A DNA stretch of 64,000 bases, from positions 27,908 through 91,907 of IMG/VR virus record IMGVR_UViG_3300047095_000292; one strand, 5' to 3'. Both the position numbers and the translations under genes were made by a program. Position 1 is the first letter of the stretch. Every line of letters starts with the position of its first letter. This stretch comes from a virus. Shown one piece after another: positions 10,441-20,219 of the stretch. The notes below the pieces were generated by a model. It made no database searches and was not told the origin of the DNA. It worked only from the letters and a program-made list of their open reading frames with translations.

Positions 10441-12076
10441 TAGGCTTAGCCTTCTTAAGTGGTGTCTTAGCTTTAGGTGTTGATATACCAGCCATGTCTG
10501 CAACCTTGCTAGCATAGCTGTCGGCATCAACTTGGCCCATCACCATATCATCTTCAGTAATCTCGATCTGACCCTCTTCGTCATTATAATCAGGACTAAT
10601 CATATCATTAACTTTGAGAATCTGTAGCCAAATAGAACGAGGAATGAGTCCACTCTGATACCATTCAGTAGCAAGACGTAGCCAATCAGCACCAAGTGGG
10701 GTTGGATTAAAGTCAGCAGACAACTCAAACTCAATATCAGTATTTTTAAGCTGTAAATCATAGCGCCAGTTAAGCATAAATGCAATAATAGACGCCATCT
10801 GATTACTTACTTTAATATTAAGAGTTCCTAATTGAGCAGTCTGAGCAGCATTACGAATGTCCAGTGCAACACCTGACTGTTGAGTTTCTGGTGTCAGCAT
10901 ACGAATACCCAGCTTAGCCATATCCTCAATAGCAGATGCAATAGCTCTATCCATGTCTGTAAGTGCAGCAGTAGGTGTATCAAGGACAGTAGCTGTAGCA
11001 CCTTCTGGGAGCTTAAGCCAGGTGCCTAAACCGGCATCTACAATTGCATCAAAAGCATCATCAGTTATATTTCCCGTCAATACAGGTGTATACGTAGACG
11101 CGCCATACAACAGATGATTACGTCGGCTCATTTTATTATATAGTGCAACTTCCTTATCAATAAAAGGAGATAGCATAGGTTCAATAACACGAATTGAACC
11201 ATTTAATGGCCATGCAGGAATCTGTGTAAGACGCTCGCCATTCATTAGAATAGTTTCAAGTGTCTCGACTAGCTCATAAGCTGACAATTTAGGATCAGCC
11301 CCAGCTGCATTCTGCGTATACTTCTGTTGTAGTTTGCCGTTAACAACAATCACCTGCGCATCTTCTACCTTCTTCTCATATCTACGGATACGATAGAAAC
11401 CTTCTACGATTTCATGTACGATAACAGTATCTATATAAGACGGATGAAATTCGTTTTCTTCAACGCGCTCTACGTAGTTTCTAACGATAATCTGTTCTAG
11501 AGACTGTACACCAGTATCCTCTCGAGTCGATACTCGCCAATTAATTATAGATTCAGCGTTCCATATTACAGGATAGGGTTTCAGTTCAGCATACTGTTCC
11601 CTAGTAAGATCTTCTGGGTTTAATATCTTAGGATAGTCTACATACACCCATGCTCTGCTTGTCTGAACTTCTTCCCATAGAATTTCATCAAGAAAAGAGA
11701 CCAGCGGTGAGCTATTATGGCTAAAGTGATTCATTATCCATTCATATGCTCCAGCTGGCACCTTACCTTCTGGAAGCTTAAGCTGAGGTTGTTTCCTTAA
11801 CAGACCACCAATAATAATGCGAGCATATTGAGAGACAATACCTGGGAGTTCTGCTTCTGCCTTGTAGAATTCATATTGCTTTGCATCCATTGAGGGCGAG
11901 AAAGGGATCAGCAAATTGCTAAATGTCAGTACATCAAGGTAGCCATCAAAGTCCTTAGCAAAACGCTCACCACCTATAATTGCTCTCGATTTTTCCCATA
12001 AACCTCTCATTGACTCGTATGAAGATGTTGGATCTGCTACTGAACGCTTGTGTTGAACTGCATTGACTACTGACAT
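10418..12076 (-). CDS. Portal protein (DUF4055-like)
   Basis: 552 aa, upstream of the MuF gene; YEFYKAEAELP, RAWVYVDYP...PYPVIWNAESIINWR pattern. Confidence 0.8.
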   Translation of the reverse strand: MSVVNAVQHKRSVADPTSSYESMRGLWEKSRAIIGGERFAKDFDGYLDVLTFSNLLIPFSPSMDAKQYEFYKAEAELPGIVSQYARIIIGGLLRKQPQLKLPEGKVPAGAYEWIMNHFSHNSSPLVSFLDEILWEEVQTSRAWVYVDYPKILNPEDLTREQYAELKPYPVIWNAESIINWRVSTREDTGVQSLEQIIVRNYVERVEENEFHPSYIDTVIVHEIVEGFYRIRRYEKKVEDAQVIVVNGKLQQKYTQNAAGADPKLSAYELVETLETILMNGERLTQIPAWPLNGSIRVIEPMLSPFIDKEVALYNKMSRRNHLLYGASTYTPVLTGNITDDAFDAIVDAGLGTWLKLPEGATATVLDTPTAALTDMDRAIASAIEDMAKLGIRMLTPETQQSGVALDIRNAAQTAQLGTLNIKVSNQMASIIAFMLNWRYDLQLKNTDIEFELSADFNPTPLGADWLRLATEWYQSGLIPRSIWLQILKVNDMISPDYNDEEGQIEITEDDMVMGQVDADSYASKVADMAGISTPKAKTPLKKAKPNADPEAD

Positions 12077-12588
12077 AATGTGGAGTCCCCTGTCTGCAAA
12101 CCTGGATTAAAAAACTCACCGTAATTAGAGATAGCCGCAAGGCAGTACGCTTTATAAGCTTCTTCAGGTGTTTCAAAAAATCCTATAAATTTTCGTTTAC
12201 CTTCTATCCCAATCTTAGCAACCCATTTGCTAAATTGAGAGTTCCACGATACTCCTTTATAACCTGAAGTATTATTAGATCTTAGACTCTGATTATGGTT
12301 ATTATCAGAAAAAGAAGCAGCTCTTAGGTTACAAATTCTATTATCGGTTCGTATGGTATTTACATGATCTATGTTTTCTGCAGGAAATTCGCCATACACA
12401 TATAGCCACGCTAATCTGTGAGCCTTATATGTAACATTTTGTACTCTTATACGTAAGTATCCTGTGTCTGTTAAGCTCCCAGCAATATCACCTGCCTTTA
12501 CACGATTACTTGAAGAAATTCTACGTGTAAACACACCTGTATTACTATCATATATTAGATATTCTTTTAACACAGCTTGTGTTAGCAT
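12067..12588 (-). CDS. Free-standing HNH-AP2 endonuclease
   Basis: AHRLAWLYVYG...IDHVNTIRTDNRICNLR, NTSGYKGVSW, FETPEEA. Confidence 0.9.
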   Translation of the reverse strand: MLTQAVLKEYLIYDSNTGVFTRRISSSNRVKAGDIAGSLTDTGYLRIRVQNVTYKAHRLAWLYVYGEFPAENIDHVNTIRTDNRICNLRAASFSDNNHNQSLRSNNTSGYKGVSWNSQFSKWVAKIGIEGKRKFIGFFETPEEAYKAYCLAAISNYGEFFNPGLQTGDSTLCQ

Positions 12589-12603
12589 TGTAATTATTCT
12601 CCG

Positions 12604-12879
12604 TTATTCACCACGTAGCATAGCACTGAATTCTTTATGTGTACCCTTAAAGACATTGCCTGTTATGTTATTAACAGCCTGTACCTTATCACCGTCCGGT
12701 GTAATGTTCCAGTTTGAGGGGATATTATCAGCACCACCAAGAGGTGTACTAGCTTGTCCTCGTACTTGTTGTAGCTTAGAAGTATCTACAGATACCGCAG
12801 CACCTGGAATATTAGGTGCTCGTGCTTGTGGTTCTTCCTGAAGTGTCTTCTTAGAGCCTGGAATATTTAATGCAGCCAT
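12604..12879 (-). CDS. Small probable virion protein with W-x-I...A-x-N-x2-TG-x2-F module
   Basis: Good SD (AGGAG); module shared with 18333-18608 and 18611-19453. Confidence 0.55.
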   Translation of the reverse strand: MAALNIPGSKKTLQEEPQARAPNIPGAAVSVDTSKLQQVRGQASTPLGGADNIPSNWNITPDGDKVQAVNNITGNVFKGTHKEFSAMLRGE

Positions 12880-12881
12880 CT

Positions 12882-13043
12882 TTATCTCCTAAATCGATTT
12901 CTCATAATATACATTGAAGGCATTGCACCTGCAATACGTTTACCAATATTTATAGCAACAGCAACTACACCTGCCACCATTCCTCGCCAGCTACCTACAC
13001 GCCAGCAACCTGTGCGCCAACAGCCCTGTCTCCAAGTACTCAT
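12882..13043 (-). CDS. 53-aa microprotein with four W-R-x-G repeats
   Basis: MSTWRQGCWRTGCWRVGSWRGMVAG...; ATGA overlap with the upstream gene; fills the gap exactly. Confidence 0.55.
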   Translation of the reverse strand: MSTWRQGCWRTGCWRVGSWRGMVAGVVAVAINIGKRIAGAMPSMYIMRNRFRR

Positions 13044-13759
13044 GGCACTTCCCTAAATGGATCTAAATCGGTACCTGTGCCATAGATAGTAGTGCCATTC
13101 ACTTGCTGAACATTAGCATTTACAATACCAGATGCTAGGCGTGAACTAATTGCTGCATCTAGGCGAGCTAATTCAGTAGCAAGCTCAGAGCGTACTGCTA
13201 GAGCGTTATCAATAGCAGAGGGTGCGTTAGACGATGCTATACTACTAATAGCAGCATCAATCCTTGCTAGTTCTACAGCTAGCTCTACTCTAACCTGAGC
13301 AGCAATAGCTGAGGCACTCGGTGCGGCACCAGAGGTTAGCGCACGTGTACTGTAACCCCATACCTCTGCAGCACTTGCGCCACTACCACCGCCTGTTGCA
13401 ACTGTAATAGCTTGCACAGGTTGTGAGTAGTTGATACGTACTATGTAGCTTCCAAGTGTATCTACAAATGGATCACCACCACCATCCACAAGAAGGATGC
13501 CATCACTAACATTAAGTGTATGACTGCTCTCCTGTGGTCTAACACGCCAGTCATTTATTAAGTAAATATACGGTGGAATAGATGTGCCAGCTGATAAGTC
13601 AATAGTATTACCACCTACTTGACTCATCGCCGGTAGCCATTTACTGTTAGTAGAAATAGCCATCCAATCACACCACCTGCTCCAAAGATCTTTCACTGAC
13701 AACGAACTAGTCGCTGACAATGAAATGATCTTTGTTGAACCGTCAAATGTGATTGTCAC
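13040..13759 (-). CDS. Putative virion structural protein
   Basis: Ala/Ser-rich, internal repeat VR.ELA.ELAR.DAAISS, located in the fibre-like cluster. Confidence 0.55.
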   Translation of the reverse strand: MTITFDGSTKIISLSATSSLSVKDLWSRWCDWMAISTNSKWLPAMSQVGGNTIDLSAGTSIPPYIYLINDWRVRPQESSHTLNVSDGILLVDGGGDPFVDTLGSYIVRINYSQPVQAITVATGGGSGASAAEVWGYSTRALTSGAAPSASAIAAQVRVELAVELARIDAAISSIASSNAPSAIDNALAVRSELATELARLDAAISSRLASGIVNANVQQVNGTTIYGTGTDLDPFREVP

Positions 13760-13768
13760 ATTAACTCC

Positions 13769-15430
13769 TTAGACGTAGGCACGATCCGTTTCTGCCGTAG
13801 CTGTAATCTTGATTGCCTTAGAAGCAGTTAGACCACTTGCTGCAACAACTGAGACTACAACTGGCTTAGCAGAGCCAGATTTACCTGCTACTAGCGTTAC
13901 AGCAGTATCAGTGCCACCTGTACGTTTACCACCTTCGGTCTGATTGGTGTAATCGTAGGTAAATGCAATAGATGCTGAGCCAACAGTACCAGAGATATTC
14001 ACATTATCTTTATCACGAACAACTACAGCTGTAGCAGTACCCCAGTCATTGGTAGTTGTAAGGTCTGTGTAATACAATACATACCAGCCACCTACTAAGT
14101 TAGCGGAGAACTCTAGTGTACCCGCACTTGCGTAGGGATATTCACGAAGAACAGCTGTATTGTCATAGAACTGGATAGTATTAATATCAGCAGCACTTAC
14201 ACCTTCTACAGCAACACCAGTACCACCACCTGCAGGGTTAGTTGGAGCATATACACCACAGACTAGTTTAGCAGTCCAATTCATTAACAGTGAAGCTGTC
14301 TTACCAATTACGCTAGTGGCTTGACTGTTAATAGAGGTAGCTTGCAATAGCTTTGCCTGCACATATGAGTAGATCTGGCGCAGAGTAGCAGTAGATGCAA
14401 CAGTTGGATACAGCGTGAATGATGCACCTGATGCAGCAGGAATCGTAGCAGTCGTAGTAACAGTACCGGCGGCAGGGCTACCAGAGATAGTGTAAGTGCC
14501 AGCACCTGCGCCACTATGAACAACTAGGGTACCGCCTGTAAAGTTAGCACCAGTAATGCCAGCAGCAGCAGTGGTGAAGGAGGTAGTACCATTAGATACG
14601 CCATCTACACCTGAGTGTGTGCCTACGTCGACTACAATACCGTAATGATTAACTGAACCCGCCACACCTGCACCATCTACGTTCTTGATAAATGCAGAGG
14701 CAAAGTAGTTAATACGCATCTTGTCATATGGAGCAACAGGAGTCGTAATAATATCAGCATATACACCAGTAGCATCAAGGTCGTCTGAGTTAGACAATAG
14801 CAAGTTGATCAAGTACGAGCCAGTTGCACTCTTACCTGTATCTGCCAAGACTGACTCAGTGTACTTCTTGCCATATACGCGACAGAAGCCTTTTAGATAA
14901 TTTGCATTACTAAGGCTACCATGTGTTGCATCACCATACACCTGTACGCCTAAGTTAGCAGCGTCAGTGTAGGTAAAGTCAATAGCAGTACCAGCAGAGA
15001 TCTTCTGATAGTATAGCTGAGCTGAAGCTGATACAGTGCCTAGTGACACAACACCTGCATAGGTTGAATTAACGGTACCCGCAGTGGCAGTACCATCTGC
15101 TCCAGGCGTAGTAGCGGTATACTCATTCCAGCCACCATCACGCAAGTACAGCCGCGAACTACCCGCAAATGTCCATGTATTGTATCGGGTGCCATCGAAG
15201 CCAATATTAAACTGACCTGACAGGGCGTCGATTGTATAGAACGGAAAGGGATATGCGTTGTATGTTGCAGATTCCCATAGCTGAATCAGCTTAGAGTATA
15301 ATGCTTGCCATTGAACGCCATCTTTAGCTACTAAATTGCCTGCTACGTTTAGTGTAATCTCGCGTGTCGTTGTATTGACTGTCAGCTCAGTACCTATATT
15401 TAATGACGACTTATTTGTAATTTTTGCCAT
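13769..15430 (-). CDS. Putative virion fibre/structural protein (553 aa)
   Basis: Thr/Gly/Ala-rich beta-type composition; ends DRAYV like the 875-aa gene. Confidence 0.55.
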   Translation of the reverse strand: MAKITNKSSLNIGTELTVNTTTREITLNVAGNLVAKDGVQWQALYSKLIQLWESATYNAYPFPFYTIDALSGQFNIGFDGTRYNTWTFAGSSRLYLRDGGWNEYTATTPGADGTATAGTVNSTYAGVVSLGTVSASAQLYYQKISAGTAIDFTYTDAANLGVQVYGDATHGSLSNANYLKGFCRVYGKKYTESVLADTGKSATGSYLINLLLSNSDDLDATGVYADIITTPVAPYDKMRINYFASAFIKNVDGAGVAGSVNHYGIVVDVGTHSGVDGVSNGTTSFTTAAAGITGANFTGGTLVVHSGAGAGTYTISGSPAAGTVTTTATIPAASGASFTLYPTVASTATLRQIYSYVQAKLLQATSINSQATSVIGKTASLLMNWTAKLVCGVYAPTNPAGGGTGVAVEGVSAADINTIQFYDNTAVLREYPYASAGTLEFSANLVGGWYVLYYTDLTTTNDWGTATAVVVRDKDNVNISGTVGSASIAFTYDYTNQTEGGKRTGGTDTAVTLVAGKSGSAKPVVVSVVAASGLTASKAIKITATAETDRAYV

Positions 15431-15604
15431 TTAAATCTCCTGTGCGTCTATGATATAAGAGCTGCTGATAAACCGAAGTCCATCGCTCATTGTGAGTACA
15501 CGCTCAACGTTTACATTTACATCGTTATCTAGCACGATAGGATTGTCGTCTGAGTCAAATATATGACCGAGATATTGGCGATCGGTCGTCGCTGTTATTT
15601 GCAT
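15431..15604 (-). CDS. 57-aa hypothetical protein (MQITATTDRQYLGH...)
   Basis: Fills the gap between the two fibre-like genes with tight spacing. Confidence 0.55.
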   Translation of the reverse strand: MQITATTDRQYLGHIFDSDDNPIVLDNDVNVNVERVLTMSDGLRFISSSYIIDAQEI

Positions 15605-15606
15605 TT

Positions 15607-18234
15607 TCATACGTAAGCCCTATCTATCCGTTGCGCAATTGGTAAGCTTGAGTCTGTTGTAGTTAATGCAAGGTCATAAACTGTATAAACCTCGTAACCA
15701 GCCTTGATAATTTTAATATCGACTGTTTGCGCACCTGAATAGACGTAAGCCCAGCTTGTTGGTGTCGTCTGAGCAATACTACCTACTACAGTATTAGTAT
15801 CACTGGTTGTTATTGTTACATCTGAACCCGTTACTAACCCAGTAAGCGTCAGCGTATTAACATCAAGGGGATACTGTAAGCCCTGCGCTGTACTATTACT
15901 GTCTGTCAGGCAGGAGATACGTGTGAGTAAGTTTGCAGCATTAGTTGCATTGGCTGAACATTTGATCTTAAAGTAGAATCCAGCAACTTCATCTACGGTT
16001 TCAGTATTCAGATTAGCTCCTGTAAATGCTGTCCATGCCCCATACCCTGACCCAGTGTTGATTGCGTATTCAATGGTCATATTGGTGCTTGTTGTGATGG
16101 TCACGGCACCAGAATTGAACGTATCAATACCAATGATCTTCCAAGGGAACTCACAAATTATATAATCGCCGGAATTAATCAGTGCAACACCACCGCCTGA
16201 GTTAAAGCCAGAAGTACCAGTAGCAGATGTGGTAAAGTTCTTTGTAATGTAGGCTGCGTTAGCTGCACTGTCCTCATTGAAGAGTAATTGCAAACGTCCA
16301 GCAGTAGCTGATGTAAAAATATGTGCAAACATACTACCGTAGATGGATAGTAAAGATGCTGGTACTACACCGAAGCCTGTTCCTAGTATGCCGCAGTTCT
16401 TTACTTCCATGTCAAGCGCGCCAGCAACTAGAGCCTTATATGCTGTCACGTTACCTTCACAATTGGCAATCTCAACCTTCTTTGTAGAGTTCACGCAGTT
16501 AAAGAAAGTTGTTGCAATCAAGTCCATATAGATGCGCTTGAACTGTAAGTTATACGAGTTACCTGCGTCGTTACAGAAGTAAAGCATTGCATTAGAAGAA
16601 CCGGCAGTAAGTTTACTAGCATTAGTACCGATATTACGCATCTTACAGTTCTGTGTAAATGATGTATACACAATGCAGGTATCAGGATGCTGGTTTGCAG
16701 TAGATGTGTACCACGAGAAACCATCTATCAAGATGCCATTCGAGTTAGTCAGAATGAGTGCGCCTACAGGAGCATTAGTTACACTAGAGATACCTGCATA
16801 GTTATCAGCGTATTGAGTATCGTTCAAGATCGTATTCGTACAGTTCTGGATAATAATACCTGAACCTACAATTACACAATCGTTAAATGTCAAGCCGTCA
16901 CAGTATTGGAAGTTAGCAGGGTATGCAGCCGCATTAGTGCGCAATGTACGATTTTGAAAATGGCATCCGCTAAATGTGATGTTATTACAGTAAGTTACAC
17001 TTGTACCGTAGTCATTGGCGGCAATAGTACCTGTTCTGCCTAGCTTGCAATTAGCAATCGTGCCACCTGCGTAATTGTTAGCTAACACAAATGTGGCAGC
17101 GTCTTGGGCAATAATATAATTACCTACATGGACATTATCAAAGTCAAGTGCAGTAGCAGTCTCAGATATGTTGTAGATATCAAATAAAGCGAGATTCTTT
17201 AACGTCAATGCGTACGCCTGACTTGACACAATATTCCAATGGCCTATAGCTCCATTAATTCTAATGGAACCTGCATTAGTCATTGCAAAGTCTGGGCGTG
17301 ATGTAGTTGTTGCATGCGGTACAGAATCAGATGCGCGTGACGCTGTTGCTGCAGATTTGAGAAATACGTTAGGTACTCTAAACTTAGCACCTGATGTAGG
17401 TATCTTTCCCCAAGCAGTAGTACCATTCCCACCGAACCTGATAATGCCACCTGCTAGACACTCGCAAAATTTATTCTTAGTCTCCGTAAGCATATTGGCT
17501 GCTGACCAGAAAGTACCTGTGCCTGTAATACAGGCAGGCCAGAACTCCCATGTGCCATTAGCTGCCTCATCTACCCAACATCCAGGAAGAAAGAAACCTG
17601 CGCCACCGTAGTTAGGAAATTGTACTTGCTGATGTGCAGCACCACTGCCAGTAGTCTCTGATTCGAACCAATATGTTGTGTTATCATTATTGATTACAAA
17701 CTCTTGCGCACGACCTATAGTGAATGCAGCGGCATCATCCACTACTATCTCAAGCCAACCAGTTTGTATTGTACCATTTGCTAGGCATAAGTCAAGGCCA
17801 CCTGATTGAACTTCAATCGTCTCATTATCCTGCCACGTGCCTGTTATCGACTTAAACTTGATAATACCAGTAGCTGGCATAGCCGCACCAGCAGCTGTAG
17901 GCACTGCACTAATAGCTGAGGATATACTCATCAGTTCACCAGTAGCGCCAGATGTGACGCCTTGCAGAATAGCGCCTATAGTAGGAACGTTAGGGGTTCC
18001 TGTTAGAGTATCATACTTTATATATTTAACCTTACTACTATCTACAACTACCTTACCGCCAGTAGCAGCAGTCATTGTAAATGAACTCATTGAGCCAGCC
18101 CTAGCTGCTGCTGAGTTCTTACCGTCACGAGTATCAGAATCTATGGTAAATACCGCACCGGAGTTAATAGTAAATGCTTCACCCGCAGTTCTTGCAGCTG
18201 AATCAAATGTCTGACTTGTACTAATAGTCGCCAT
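15607..18234 (-). CDS. Spike/fibre-like protein with probable right-handed beta-helix
   Basis: 875 aa; central Asn/Cys-rich repeats (YCNNITFSGCHF, YCDGLTFNDC) typical of pectin-lyase-like folds. Confidence 0.6.
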   Translation of the reverse strand: MATISTSQTFDSAARTAGEAFTINSGAVFTIDSDTRDGKNSAAARAGSMSSFTMTAATGGKVVVDSSKVKYIKYDTLTGTPNVPTIGAILQGVTSGATGELMSISSAISAVPTAAGAAMPATGIIKFKSITGTWQDNETIEVQSGGLDLCLANGTIQTGWLEIVVDDAAAFTIGRAQEFVINNDNTTYWFESETTGSGAAHQQVQFPNYGGAGFFLPGCWVDEAANGTWEFWPACITGTGTFWSAANMLTETKNKFCECLAGGIIRFGGNGTTAWGKIPTSGAKFRVPNVFLKSAATASRASDSVPHATTTSRPDFAMTNAGSIRINGAIGHWNIVSSQAYALTLKNLALFDIYNISETATALDFDNVHVGNYIIAQDAATFVLANNYAGGTIANCKLGRTGTIAANDYGTSVTYCNNITFSGCHFQNRTLRTNAAAYPANFQYCDGLTFNDCVIVGSGIIIQNCTNTILNDTQYADNYAGISSVTNAPVGALILTNSNGILIDGFSWYTSTANQHPDTCIVYTSFTQNCKMRNIGTNASKLTAGSSNAMLYFCNDAGNSYNLQFKRIYMDLIATTFFNCVNSTKKVEIANCEGNVTAYKALVAGALDMEVKNCGILGTGFGVVPASLLSIYGSMFAHIFTSATAGRLQLLFNEDSAANAAYITKNFTTSATGTSGFNSGGGVALINSGDYIICEFPWKIIGIDTFNSGAVTITTSTNMTIEYAINTGSGYGAWTAFTGANLNTETVDEVAGFYFKIKCSANATNAANLLTRISCLTDSNSTAQGLQYPLDVNTLTLTGLVTGSDVTITTSDTNTVVGSIAQTTPTSWAYVYSGAQTVDIKIIKAGYEVYTVYDLALTTTDSSLPIAQRIDRAYV

Positions 18235-18332
18235 ACTTGTTCTCCTTTAGAGGAATCTATGTTCCTCCGTAGAGGTTTGTTTAAATACACTTTCAACAAA
18301 AGTCTCGAAAGAGACCTTTGCAGGGAGCATAT

Positions 18333-18608
18333 TTAGCCGCCGAATTTTTCTCTTACAGTTGTCTTATCTGCAACATTCAGTGAAAGACTGTTACCACGAG
18401 ACAATGTTACTGTCTCTATACTTACCACAGCCTCAGGCTTAATTACAGGAGCAGGTTCCGTAGGACTAACTACTACTGGAACTGCAGCAGGTGTAGCCTG
18501 TTTAGCCACCATAGCCTTGTAATCATAACCTCTACCACGAAACTTTTCACCAGTTTCAGTATTCTCAGCAAGGATCTCTTCTTGAACCTGTCCTGTAATC
18601 TTCCACAT
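18333..18608 (-). CDS. Small protein with the shared W...A-x-N-x2-TG-x2-F module
   Basis: MWKITGQVQEEILAENTETGEKFRG. Confidence 0.5.
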   Translation of the reverse strand: MWKITGQVQEEILAENTETGEKFRGRGYDYKAMVAKQATPAAVPVVVSPTEPAPVIKPEAVVSIETVTLSRGNSLSLNVADKTTVREKFGG

Positions 18609-18610
18609 GA

Positions 18611-19453
18611 TTAGCTCAATGCAATCTTAACACGGTCAAGAACACAATGTGCAGTAGTTGCACCTGAGGCTAGTTCTACAGTAACAGCTACATCAGCATT
18701 AGTGTCAATGGCCATGTAGACATTAGCAGGTACTAGGCTTTGTGCAACCTGACGACCAGTGGAACCACGGTTGGATACAGCAGCACCAGTCTTTGACAGG
18801 GTAGTAGTAGTCTGCGAAGAGCTACATACAGAAGTACCGCCAAACTTAGTAGTAGTAGTCTTGGTAGCGCCAGTACCGTCATTGCTTGAACATACTAAGA
18901 TATCGGCATTACCAAAGGCACCCATTGCAGAACCTGGGATAGTTGCACGGAATGCTGCAATAGCAGTAGTAACAGCGGTGTACTGTGAGCCAGTACCGAT
19001 AGTAGTTACCAGAGCACCTGTAGGCTTAGCACCAGTGAACTCAGCAGAGGTAGCTGGATCGAAATAATTAGTGTATACAGTACCAACAGTGGTAGTTGAC
19101 ATTACACAATAATAGAATCCAGCAGCAGTTGACGGATTGAACGCCGCTGCAGGAAAGTACATCCAACAGCCACCATCATAAATCTGCGGAAGAGCTACAG
19201 TAAGAGTCAATGCACCACCAGCAGTAATAGTACCTGCATTAGGCATAATGATTGGCAGTGATGTATCTACTAACGTACCTTCACTAAGACCGGCTGCATT
19301 CTGTTTCACTGCAAAGATCGCGTTGAAGTTAGCGATAGTATCGTTGAATGACTCACCGGTAACATTGTTCTTTGCTACCACAGTGCCATTGTTTGAGACT
19401 ACGTTCCAGTTACCTGGGGAGGTACGTGCTGCTTTACGTTGACTAATATCCAT
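18611..19453 (-). CDS. Putative head decoration/fibre protein
   Basis: N-terminal shared module followed by a Thr/Ala/Gly-rich beta region. Confidence 0.5.
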   Translation of the reverse strand: MDISQRKAARTSPGNWNVVSNNGTVVAKNNVTGESFNDTIANFNAIFAVKQNAAGLSEGTLVDTSLPIIMPNAGTITAGGALTLTVALPQIYDGGCWMYFPAAAFNPSTAAGFYYCVMSTTTVGTVYTNYFDPATSAEFTGAKPTGALVTTIGTGSQYTAVTTAIAAFRATIPGSAMGAFGNADILVCSSNDGTGATKTTTTKFGGTSVCSSSQTTTTLSKTGAAVSNRGSTGRQVAQSLVPANVYMAIDTNADVAVTVELASGATTAHCVLDRVKIALS

Positions 19454-19666
19454 GCTAGTTGTTCCTTTAATTATTAGTTTACTTCAAAAATGCTGTAATG
19501 AGCGTTGTACTAGATCATATCTAGCGATATCATTTACCCTGTTCTCTGGCTAATTGTTGGATCTGCCGAAGGATATTGTCATATTCTGTTTTTAAAGCTG
19601 TTGTAGGATTCTTGCGTAGTTTTACCTCTATCTCTAGCTTAGCTTTAAGTAAGTCTTTCAGTGTCT

Positions 19667-19873
19667 TCATGATTTACGATCATACAAATGTTTATACTTA
19701 GACATAAACGCAGGATTATCTACTACACCCATTACAGGAGTAAGTATCCTGTCCATCTCCACATCAACGCATTTTTGTTTATTGCATAAAGGTGTGTTGT
19801 CACGTTCTGCAATACGTGCAGAGTATTCTTCAATACTACCACATACGGAACATTTGGCTGTGTATAGAGGCAT
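19667..19873 (-). CDS. FmdB-like zinc-ribbon protein
   Basis: MPLYTAKCSVCG...PLC...C...MDRIL pattern. Confidence 0.7.
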   Translation of the reverse strand: MPLYTAKCSVCGSIEEYSARIAERDNTPLCNKQKCVDVEMDRILTPVMGVVDNPAFMSKYKHLYDRKS

Positions 19874-20164
19874 TTACTTAGCCTTCGGTTTCTTCTTAGG
19901 AAATCCCTTTGTTACAAAATCACCTATAATTGGAAGATCTGCCTTTAGACATCTTTTTATAAGCTTACGTGTAAGGTATCCTGGACGACCGATAGTCAAT
20001 ACAATATCCTCATGCCTGTCAGTAGTCTTAGGATACTTCCAAGACTTAAATCTACGAGTAGCCTTGACTGTGAACTTAGCATCCCTGATGTATTCAATAG
20101 TCTTAATTGTAGGATCATTTTGTATAGCAAATAACAATTCGCCAAGTTTCATTGCTGTAATCAA
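19874..20164 (-). CDS. Hypothetical basic protein
   Basis: ORF with SD, tightly packed. Confidence 0.55.
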   Translation of the reverse strand: MITAMKLGELLFAIQNDPTIKTIEYIRDAKFTVKATRRFKSWKYPKTTDRHEDIVLTIGRPGYLTRKLIKRCLKADLPIIGDFVTKGFPKKKPKAK

Positions 20165-20219
20165 GTCATACTCCTTTAATTAGGGGCTTCTGTAAATGTC
20201 ATATAATACTTCTTACCTG

